Below are positions 56,586-64,000 of a stretch of 64,000 nucleotides of DNA, one piece after another (position 1 is the stretch's first letter; each line of letters opens with the position of its first letter). The notes under the pieces were generated by a model, which saw only the letters and a program-made list of their open reading frames with translations, searched no databases and was not told where the DNA came from. The stretch is taken from contig CAWHEZ010000029.1 of assembly GCA_963828345.1 (NCBI GenBank), positions 69,582-133,581 on the forward strand. The letters are read 5' to 3'. This DNA comes from an uncultured delta proteobacterium (GTDB taxonomy: Bacteria; Desulfobacterota; Desulfobacteria; Desulfobacterales; SpSt-501). A program made the position numbers and the translations under genes.

Positions 56586-58192
56586 TCACAATCGTCTCGA
56601 AAAAATCGTTGCCCTTGTCGTCGACGATGATGAAGGCCGGGAAGTCCTTGACCGTGATCATGTAGATGGCCTCCATGCCCAGCTCCGGGTACTCGAGCAC
56701 CTCCATGCGGGTGATGCATTCCTTGCCGAAGCGCGCCGCCGTGCCGCCGATCGACCCGAGGTAGAAGCCGCCATGCGTTTTGCAGGACTCGGTCACCACC
56801 CGGGTGCGGTTGCCCTTGGCCAGCATCACGAGCGAGGCCCCCTGGGCCTGGAAGGCGGGCACGTAGGCGTCCATGCGGCCGGCGGTCGTGGGGCCGAAGG
56901 ACCCCGCGGCGAAGCTCTCGGGGGTCTTGGCCGGGCCGGCGTAGTAGACGATGTGGTTTTTGAAGTAGTCGGGCAGGCCCTCGCCCCGCTCCAGCCGCTC
57001 GTTGAGCTTGGCGTGGGCGATGTCCCGCGCGACCACGATCCGGCCCGAGAGCAGGAGCGGGGTTGCGACCGGGTAGCGGCTGAGCTGGGCGCGGATCTCG
57101 GCCATGGGCCGGTCGAGGTTCACGGGCACGGCCGCGGCCGTTTCCGGCATGACCGCCGGCAGGTAGCGCGCGGGGTCGGTTTCCAACTGCTCGAGGAAAA
57201 CTCCCTGGCGCGTGATCTTGGCCTTCACGTTGCGGTCCGCGCTGCAGCTGACCCCCAGCCCGATCGGGCAGGAGGCGCCGTGCCGCGGCAGACGGATCAC
57301 GCGCGTCTCCAGACAGAACCACTTGCCGCCGAACTGGGCCCCCAGCCCGATGCCGCGCGCGGCCTTCATCAGCGCGGCCTCGAGCTCGAGGTCCCGGAAG
57401 GCATGCCCGGCGGACGAGCCGCTGGTGGGCAGGCCGTCCAGGTAGCCGGCCGAGGCGAGCTTGACGGTCTTCAGGGTCAGCTCGGCCGAGGTCCCGCCGA
57501 CGACCACCGCGAGGTGATAGGGCGGGCAGGGGGCGGTGCCCAGCGTCTTCATCTTGCCCGTCAGGTAGTCGACCAGGGTCTTGGGGTTGAGGACGGCCTT
57601 GGTTTCCTGGAACAGGAGGGTCTTGTTGGCCGACCCGCCGCCCTTGGCGATGAAGAGGAAGCGGTACTCGTCGCCGGCGACCGCGGCAGAGCTCCACCTG
57701 GGCGGGCAGGTTGCAGCGGGTGTTGACCTCCTCGTACATGGTGAGCGCTGCGTTCTGCGAGTAGCGCAGGTTGCCGCCGGTGTAGGCGTCGAAGACCCCG
57801 CGGGTGAGAGCCTCCTCGTCGCGGTCGCCGCTGAAGACCCGCTGGCCCTTTTTGCCGATCACGATGGCCGTGCCGGTGTCCTGGCACATCGGGAAGACCA
57901 TCTCGGCCGCGATCACCGCGTTCTTCATGAGCTCGAGCGCGACGTAGCGGTCGTTGGCGGAGCTCTCCGGGTCCTCGAAGACCTGCGCCAGCAGCTTCAG
58001 GTGCGAGGGACGGTAGAGGTGCGCCACGTCGGTGAACGCCTGCCGCGCCAGCAGCGTCAGCGCCTCGGGCGCCACCTTCAGGATGTCGGCCCCTTCGAGC
58101 CTGACCGTGGACACGTGGCCTTCGGTCAGCCGACGGTACTCGGTCCGGTCCCCCGCGAGCGGGAACATCTCCTGGAATTTGAACTCGTCCAT
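56581..58192 (-). pseudogene. Class I (Fe-S) fumarate hydratase, +1 frameshift ~57688
   Basis: N-part is ORF 56558..58192 up to NLPAQVEL. It then continues [30 protein letters not shown]...[20 protein letters not shown] in ORF 56581..57552. Confidence 0.85.
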
Positions 58193-58449
58193 GCGCGCAC
58201 CTCACGGCAGCATCGTCAGCCTGTAAAAGGTTTTATTGTTACCAATGCGGGCCGAGGGTGTCAAGGCAATTTTCCAATAAAGAAGAGGGCTTGCATTTTG
58301 CCCGACGCAGGCGTATGCGTGGGGTCACTGCGACCGTTTTCTGCCCTCTTCCCCCGACAGGATGCCTCTGAAAACGAGACCGTTGCGGGCCGGAGCCGCC
58401 CGGATGGCCGCAGACCGTTACCTCCCTTCTCTTATTACAGGAGCCTGCC

Positions 58450-59712
58450 ATGAGCGTTCCGGGCGACAGGGACTGGTCCTCTTCCGTAAAAGACACCCCC
58501 CTGTCCTCTTGGGCCGACCGGTTCGAATCGGTGCATGAATTTCAGGCCGCACCGGACGGCGAGCACGTGGCGGCCATTGTGAAGACCGGCGAGTCCGAGT
58601 TTGCGGCCTGCGTTGACGGCGATCTCTGGCCCGAGCGCTTCGACAAAATGTGGCACCTGCGCTACGCTCCCGACGGCCGGCTGTGCGCCCTGGTGTCCAC
58701 GGGCGGGGAATGGACGGTCGCCGTCGACGGGGTCCCCTGGGGAAACCGTTTCGGCTACGCCTGGAACACCCTCTTCAGCCCGGACGGCGGGCACATCGCA
58801 GTCGCTTTCCAGCAGGACATGGCCTACGGGATGGCCTGCGACGACCTGCCCTGGGAGACCACCTACCCCAATCTCACCCACCCCGCGTTGAGCCCGGACG
58901 GGAGGCACACCGCAGCCGTGGTCCAGGCGGAACCCTTGGGCGAGGCGGACCTCCAGAAATACCAGCAGGGCCTCTACACGGTGGCTGCCGACGGAGCCCC
59001 CTGGGGCAAGAACTTCGTCAACGTCTGGAAGACCGCCTTCAGCCCGGACGGCGCCTCGCTGGCGGCCGAAACCCGCCTCAGCCTCTACGACTACACCATT
59101 GCCGTCAACGGGACCCCCTGGGGGCAGACGTTCGGCGGCGTCTGGGAGCCGGTGTTCAATCCCGGCAGCGGAACCGTGGCCGCACCGGTGCGCATCCAGG
59201 GGAAGTGGGCGCTCGCCCAGGACGGCCGGGAGATCTGGGAACGGCGATTCGTCCAACTCTGGCACCTGACATTTTCTCCGAACGGCCGGCGCCTGGCCGC
59301 GATCGTCGCCCCGAGCTTCGGCCGCTGGACGGTGGCGGTCGACGGGGTCCCCTGGCCGGTAACCGTCGGCGAGATGGTGACCGACCTGGTGTTCAGCCCG
59401 GACGGGGCCCGCGTCGCCGCGGCCGTCAAGGACCGGGGGCGATGGAGCCTGGGAGCCGATGGGCGGCTCTGGCACACCACCTTCGACATGGTGCGGAAAC
59501 CCGTATTCTCACCGGACGGCCGGCACCTGGCGGCCGCGGTCCAGCGGCAGGGAGTGTACACCGTGGCCGTCGACGACCGGGTGTGGGCGCGGGACTGCGA
59601 GGCGGCCTGGGACCCGGTTTTCAGCCCCGACGGCGGCAGCCTGCTGCTGCGCACCATCGAAGGCGGAACCTACTTCCGGCGGGTCATGCCGGTTGCCGAC
59701 ATCACCGGATAG
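58450..59712 (+). CDS. tmcD: Tryptophan-rich repeat protein (about 10 W..FSPDG..A beta-propeller-like repeats), TmcD-like
   Basis: Repeats such as WNTLFSPDGGHIAV, WKTAFSPDGASLAA, VFSPDGRHLAA; first gene of the Tmc-type cluster. Confidence 0.6.
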   Translation: MSVPGDRDWSSSVKDTPLSSWADRFESVHEFQAAPDGEHVAAIVKTGESEFAACVDGDLWPERFDKMWHLRYAPDGRLCALVSTGGEWTVAVDGVPWGNRFGYAWNTLFSPDGGHIAVAFQQDMAYGMACDDLPWETTYPNLTHPALSPDGRHTAAVVQAEPLGEADLQKYQQGLYTVAADGAPWGKNFVNVWKTAFSPDGASLAAETRLSLYDYTIAVNGTPWGQTFGGVWEPVFNPGSGTVAAPVRIQGKWALAQDGREIWERRFVQLWHLTFSPNGRRLAAIVAPSFGRWTVAVDGVPWPVTVGEMVTDLVFSPDGARVAAAVKDRGRWSLGADGRLWHTTFDMVRKPVFSPDGRHLAAAVQRQGVYTVAVDDRVWARDCEAAWDPVFSPDGGSLLLRTIEGGTYFRRVMPVADITG

Positions 59713-59720
59713 GGGGGCGC

Positions 59721-60380
59721 ATGGGCGAACTCTACCGCTGGGCCACCGGCCCGCTCGTGTGGGCGGCGTTCATCATCTTCATCGGCGGCAGCCTGTTCCG
59801 CTTGGCCCAGCTCGTCCGGATGGTCCACCGCAAGGAACGGTTCATTTACTCCTACATGAGCCTCCCCTACGGCCTGCGGTCGATTCTGCACTGGCTGACG
59901 CCCTTCGGCACGGCGACGTGGCGCCTCCACCCCTGGCTCACGGTCGTCACCTTCGCCTTTCACATCTGCCTGGTGCTGACGCCCATTTTCCTGCTGGCGC
60001 ACATCGTCCTGTGGGACGAGGCGTGGAACCTGAGCTGGCGGGCCATTCCGGACGGACTGGCCGTCGGCATGTCGCTGGTCGTCATCGGCGGAGGCCTGTT
60101 CTTCGGCATCCGGCGGCGGGTCGTGCCGGAGGTCGCCTACGTGACCTCGGCCTCCGACTATGTGATCCTCGTGCTCACGGTCGCCCCGTTCGCAACGGGG
60201 CTGATCGCCTACTTTCAATGGTTCGACGTGCGGCTCTTCACGCTGCTGCACGTTCTGACCGGGGAGGCCATGCTCGTCGCCATTCCCTTCACGCGGATCC
60301 GCCACATGCTCTATGCACCGCTGACCCGGGCGTACATGGGCAGCGAGTTCGGGGGAGTGCGCCATGCCCGCGACTGGTGA
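59721..60380 (+). CDS. tmcC: Membrane di-heme cytochrome b (NarI/DsrM/TmcC family)
   Basis: Five to six TM helices, conserved His (LHPWLTVVTFAFHICL, LLHVLTGEAMLVAIPFTRIRHM). Confidence 0.75.
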   Translation: MGELYRWATGPLVWAAFIIFIGGSLFRLAQLVRMVHRKERFIYSYMSLPYGLRSILHWLTPFGTATWRLHPWLTVVTFAFHICLVLTPIFLLAHIVLWDEAWNLSWRAIPDGLAVGMSLVVIGGGLFFGIRRRVVPEVAYVTSASDYVILVLTVAPFATGLIAYFQWFDVRLFTLLHVLTGEAMLVAIPFTRIRHMLYAPLTRAYMGSEFGGVRHARDW

Positions 60381-60472
60381 ACCGGCCCGGGATCGCGGAA
60401 CGCAGCCCGGCACACGCCCCCCTTTGATTCCCTGGGCCCGAGTCCGGGGGAACCGGATGGAGATCGACGCCG

Positions 60473-61808
60473 ATGGCCACTGAAGCAGGCAAGCCGAAGG
60501 ACCCGATGCGGGACGAGGGGCTGGAGCGCGGCGTGGCCGGCCTGACGGAGGAGAAGATCCGCCGGGTGATCCGCCGGGTGATCGACTCCGAAACCGGCGC
60601 TCGCCTCAAGGCCTACGTCGACACCTGCGTGCACTGCGGCCTGTGTTCCGATGCCTGCCACTTCTTCCTCTCGCGCGACCGCGACCCCCGGTATTCCCCG
60701 GTGGGGAAGGTCAAGCAGACCCTCTGGGAAATGCTGCGCCGGGACGGGAAGGTCAGCCCCGACGTTCATCCGCCAGGCGCGCATCGTCGCCTCCACGCAC
60801 TGCAACCTCTGCAAGCGCTGCGCCATGTACTGCCCGTTCGGCATCGACGTGGCCTACCTGATGCTGGTGGTCCGGCGCATCTGCCATCTGCTCGGCGTCA
60901 CCCCGCTCTACATCCAGGACACGGCCCACAGCCACGCCGCCACGTTCAACCAGATGTGGGTCAAGGACGACGAGTGGATCGACACGCTGCAGTGGCAGGA
61001 AGAGGAAGCGCAGGCGGAGCTTCCCTCGCTGCGCATCCCGCTCGACAAGGAGGGGGCCGACATCATGTATTCGGTGATCGGCCCCGAGCCGAAGTTCCAG
61101 GCCCAGCTCATCTATCAGGCCGCCGTCATCATGAACGTGGCCGGAGTCAACTGGACGATGCCGGCCACTCCGGGCTGGGACAACAGCGACATGGCCATGT
61201 TCACCGGCGACAACGAGATCATGGGCCGCATCAAACGCGCCCACTTCGAAACCGCCGCCCGGCTGCGGGTCAAGCGCATCGTCATGGGGGAGTGCGGCCA
61301 CGCCTTCCGCTCGGTCTACGACGTGGGCAACCGCTGGCTGGGATGGAGCATGCCCCCGATCCCGATTGTGCACGCCATCGACTTTTACCATGAGCTGCTG
61401 ACCCAGGGCCGCATCACCATCGCCCGGAAATTCGAGGACACCGTGACGCTGCACGATCCCTGCAACGTCTCGCGCGGCGCCGGCTTGCACGAAAAGGCCC
61501 GCGAGGTCGTCCGCCGGATGTGCGCGAACTTCGTCGAGATGGAACCCAACCGCGAGCACAACTACTGCTGCGGGGCCGGCGGCGGCGTCATCAACTGCGG
61601 CCCGCCTTACAAAAAAGGGCGGATCGAGAGCACCCGGGTCAAGGCCGAGCAGATATCGGCGGCCAAAGTGAAGGGCGCCAAAGTGGTGATCACCCCCTGT
61701 CACAACTGTCACAGCGGCATCGAAGACATCATCCACCACTACGACCTCGGGGTCGAAACCAAGTTCCTGGGGGACATTCTCTACGAGGTGATGGACAAAC
61801 CCGCCTGA
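60473..61808 (+). pseudogene. tmcB: HdrD/DsrK/TmcB-type cytoplasmic Fe-S protein with CCG domains, +1 frameshift ~60764
   Basis: CVHCGLCSDACHF in ORF 60473.., then FIRQARIVASTHCNLCKRCAMYCPFG...DPCNV...CCGAGGG...TPCHNCH in ORF 60651..61808. Confidence 0.75.
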
Positions 61809-61844
61809 ACCCCAGCCCTCGGCGAAACGACGGAAGGAGGAGGC

Positions 61845-62972
61845 ATGAAAACATTCTTCGACCTGATTCAGGATGTCCAGAAACCCGGATTATGCCACCG
61901 CTGCGGGGGGTGCGTCACCTTCTGCAGCTCCGTCAACTACGGCGCCCTGGAGCTGGACGCCGACGGCAAGCCGCGCTACGGGGAAATCGAGAAGTGCATC
62001 GAGTGCGGGTTGTGCCATGCCATCTGCCCCGAGATCGACGAGCTCGAGAAGGAAACCCGCGAGCGCGTGGGCTGGACGGCGCCCATCGGCCGCGTGATCG
62101 AGACCACCGTTGCGCGCGCCGCCGACCCGGCCGTTCGGCGCGCGGCCACGGACGGCGGCGTCGTGACCGCGTTGCTGCTGCACCTGCTCGAGCGCGGGCG
62201 GATCGACGGGGCCATCGTCACCAAGCAGGACGGGCCGTTCCGGCGCCGCCCGTTTCTGGCGACGACCACCGAGGAGATCAAGCAGGCGGCCGGCTTCTTC
62301 TTCGACACCTCGCACGGCATGAAGGACTTCGGGGACCGCTACATGACCCACTCGCAGATCGAGGAGTTCGACCCCATGCTGAAGAAGGGGTTGAAGCGGG
62401 TCGCCTTCGTGGGGACGCCCTGCCAGGTCAAGTCCGTCCGCCGCATGCAGACGCTCGGCCTCGTTCCCGCCGACGCCGTCCATATCTGCCTGGGGCTCTT
62501 CTGTTCGGGCAACTTCACCTTCGGGGAGGAGCAGCGACAGCGCTTGGCGGAACTCGGCGAGTTCGCCTGGGACGACGTCCGCAAGATCAACATCAAGGAC
62601 GATCTCCAGCTTCACCTCCGCAGCGGACCGACCCGCAGCATCGCCTTGGACGATCTCGATTTCATGCGCCGCCACGCATGCCGCTACTGCCCCGACTACA
62701 CGGCCGAGTTCGCGGACATCGCTTTCGGCGGAATCGGCGCCGAGGAGGGCTGGACCACCGTGGTGGCCCGCTCGCCCCTGGGCCGGGCGGCGTTTGCCGA
62801 TGCCGCCGGGGCGGGCAAACTGGAGGAGTTCAGCCGCACGGTGAACCCGAGCTTTGCCACCCAGGCCATGACGAAGATCCGGACCTGGTCGGCCCGCAAA
62901 CGCAAGACCGCGCAGCAGAACCGGAAACAGCTCGCCAAGAAGGGCGTGCGGGTCAAGGCGGGAGCGGCATAA
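61845..62972 (+). CDS. FrhB/FdhB/FpoF-family (coenzyme F420 hydrogenase/dehydrogenase beta-like) flavo-Fe-S protein
   Basis: N-terminal 2x[4Fe-4S] motifs (CHRCGGCVTFC, CIECGLCHAICPE). FrhB_FdhB core: GGVVTALLLHLLE, VGTPCQV, CRYCPDYTAEFADIAFGG. Confidence 0.8.
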   Translation: MKTFFDLIQDVQKPGLCHRCGGCVTFCSSVNYGALELDADGKPRYGEIEKCIECGLCHAICPEIDELEKETRERVGWTAPIGRVIETTVARAADPAVRRAATDGGVVTALLLHLLERGRIDGAIVTKQDGPFRRRPFLATTTEEIKQAAGFFFDTSHGMKDFGDRYMTHSQIEEFDPMLKKGLKRVAFVGTPCQVKSVRRMQTLGLVPADAVHICLGLFCSGNFTFGEEQRQRLAELGEFAWDDVRKINIKDDLQLHLRSGPTRSIALDDLDFMRRHACRYCPDYTAEFADIAFGGIGAEEGWTTVVARSPLGRAAFADAAGAGKLEEFSRTVNPSFATQAMTKIRTWSARKRKTAQQNRKQLAKKGVRVKAGAA

Positions 62973-62993
62973 CCGCGGGTGAGGAGACGCACC

Positions 62994-63380
62994 ATGAAAC
63001 GCACGAGTATCGTCGGGGTCATCGCGGTGGTCGCCGCGCTTCTATCGGCGGCCGGCGTGAGTTCGCAGGAGAATCTGAAAATTCTTCGTCCGGATGCGTT
63101 CCCGAACGCGCAGCGCCCGCCGGTGGCCTTCGTACACGACGCACACAACGAAATGGCCAAGCTCGACGCCTGCAACGAGTGCCACCACGTCTACGGCGAC
63201 GACGGTCAACGGATTCCGGACGAGTCCTCTGAGGACAGGTCGTGCTCCGAGTGCCACGGGCTCCAGGATGAGGGGCGTAAACCCGGGTTGATGAAGGCGT
63301 TTCACCTGAACTGCAAGGGGTGTCACCAGACGCACACCAAGGGCCCGGTGATGTGCGGGGAGTGCCACGCGCGGCGGTAG
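62994..63380 (+). CDS. tmcA: Periplasmic tetraheme cytochrome c3 (TmcA-like)
   Basis: Signal peptide and four CxxCH motifs (CNECH, CSECH, CKGCH, CGECH). Confidence 0.85.
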   Translation: MKRTSIVGVIAVVAALLSAAGVSSQENLKILRPDAFPNAQRPPVAFVHDAHNEMAKLDACNECHHVYGDDGQRIPDESSEDRSCSECHGLQDEGRKPGLMKAFHLNCKGCHQTHTKGPVMCGECHARR

Positions 63381-63501
63381 CCCGCGGCAGCCCGGTCGGC
63401 GCTCACGCAACCGGAGGGGGCGAACACCCCCTGCGGGCCGTCATCCGGCGCGCGTGGGAGCGCCGTGTTTCGAAAACCCTTAAACCCATGAGGGGCCGCA
63501 C

Positions 63502-63852
63502 ATGCCCAAAAAGATCCTGATCGTCGACGACGACCCCATCATCGTCAAGTACCTGCAGGCGGTGTTCAGCGACAACGGCTATGCCACCTGCAACGCCTCG
63601 AGCAGCATGGAGGGGCTCGAGCTCGTGCGCCGCGAAATGCCCGACCTGATCACGCTGGACATCCAGATGCCCGGAGAGTGGGGCCCGCGGTTCTACCGCA
63701 GGCTGCGCCAGGACAAGGAATTGCGCGAGATCCCGGTGATCGTCATCAGCGGCATCGACGGGGATCACGCCGTCAAGGATGCGGTGGCGTTCGTCAAGAA
63801 GCCGTTCGACCCGGAGAAGCTGATCGGCATCGTCAAGAACACGATCGGCTGA
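63502..63852 (+). CDS. Single-domain response regulator (CheY-like receiver)
   Basis: KILIVDDD...DLITLDIQMPG...VIVISG...KKPF. Confidence 0.9.
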   Translation: MPKKILIVDDDPIIVKYLQAVFSDNGYATCNASSSMEGLELVRREMPDLITLDIQMPGEWGPRFYRRLRQDKELREIPVIVISGIDGDHAVKDAVAFVKKPFDPEKLIGIVKNTIG

Positions 63853-63859
63853 CCCCGCC

Positions 63860-64000
63860 CTATAAGCCGCCGCCCTCCGGGCAGCCGCACCACCACGGTC
63901 GTTCCCATGCCGGGGCGGCTGTGCACCTCGATAGTGCCCGCGTGCTGGTCGACGATCCGTTTGGCCATCATCAATCCGATGCCGGTGCCCTCGGTCCCCT
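63860..64000 (-). CDS. Sensor histidine kinase, C-terminal HATPase_c end (5' part outside window); probable frameshift ~63880
   Basis: GTEGTGIGLMMAKRIVDQHAGTIEVHSRPGMGTTVVVRLP. As called (stop 63765) it would overlap the response regulator by 88 nt. Skipping one C gives RLPEGGGL* with stop 63860-63862. Confidence 0.6.

Noticed and set aside
60451-60477. Tiny ORF MEIDADGH upstream of tmcB as a leader peptide.
   Set aside because: It is only 8 codons with no RBS, and it overlaps the better-supported tmcB start region. Nothing supports it beyond being open.
63765-63859. 3' extension of the histidine-kinase ORF that overlaps the response regulator by 88 nt.
   Set aside because: The sequence after ...VVVRLP loses any HATPase-like character. 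Skipping one C near 63880 gives a stop at 63860-63862 just outside the convergent gene, consistent with the indel pattern seen elsewhere.

Overview
This is a high-GC chromosomal segment. Its gene content fits an anaerobic Desulfobacterota (deltaproteobacterial sulfate reducer or syntroph) and is almost entirely protein-coding. I found no rRNA, tRNA or CRISPR array.

Gene layout, left to right:
- ChrA (partial), then a TrmO / NifX-like / DUF134 cluster.
- A visibly AT-richer ArsR-controlled operon (about 2.4-5.6 kb). Two of its genes carry in-frame TGA codons at Cys-type positions, each followed by a SECIS-like hairpin, so they are candidate selenoproteins. One is a rhodanese-CcdA/DsbD-thioredoxin fusion with a U-x4-U loop.
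- Methionine aminopeptidase (map).
- A tungstate/molybdate homeostasis island (6.7-16.7 kb): an integrase-fold + 2xTOBE regulator, a MOT1-type transporter, two TupA binding proteins, a single MoSto-like storage subunit, PadR, tupABC with a TiaS-N-terminal-like fourth gene, and an HTH-PBP regulator.
- nth, a PP-loop ATPase and rlmN.
- The conserved ffh-rpsP-KH-rimM-trmD-SPOUT-rplS-rnhB-yraN-rsmI block.
- ADP-forming acetyl-CoA synthetase and a PPTase.
- A MacAB-type efflux system with an outer-membrane factor.
- qor, ykgJ, yceD, yihY, and a STAS protein.
- An Mla lipid-transport operon whose ATPase carries a degenerate GGDEF domain.
- gpmA, pgm, pyk, and ferredoxin + tungsten-type AOR.
- A DEAD-box helicase behind a promoter-terminator leader, followed by csp.
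- PFOR and class I fumarase.
- A rearranged Tmc-type transmembrane redox operon (tmcD-C-B, an FrhB-like gene, tmcA), followed by a two-component pair.

Three features recur across the window:
1. About 20 indel-type frame disruptions in at least 11 otherwise well-conserved genes. Most need one base skipped and several sit in short homopolymers. This looks like consensus error, but it needs read-level confirmation.
2. Two related families of 120-150 bp MITE-like elements with co-varying terminal inverted repeats.
3. A family of intergenic elements built from inverted arrays of degenerate 7-8 nt tandem units, always located between co-directional genes.
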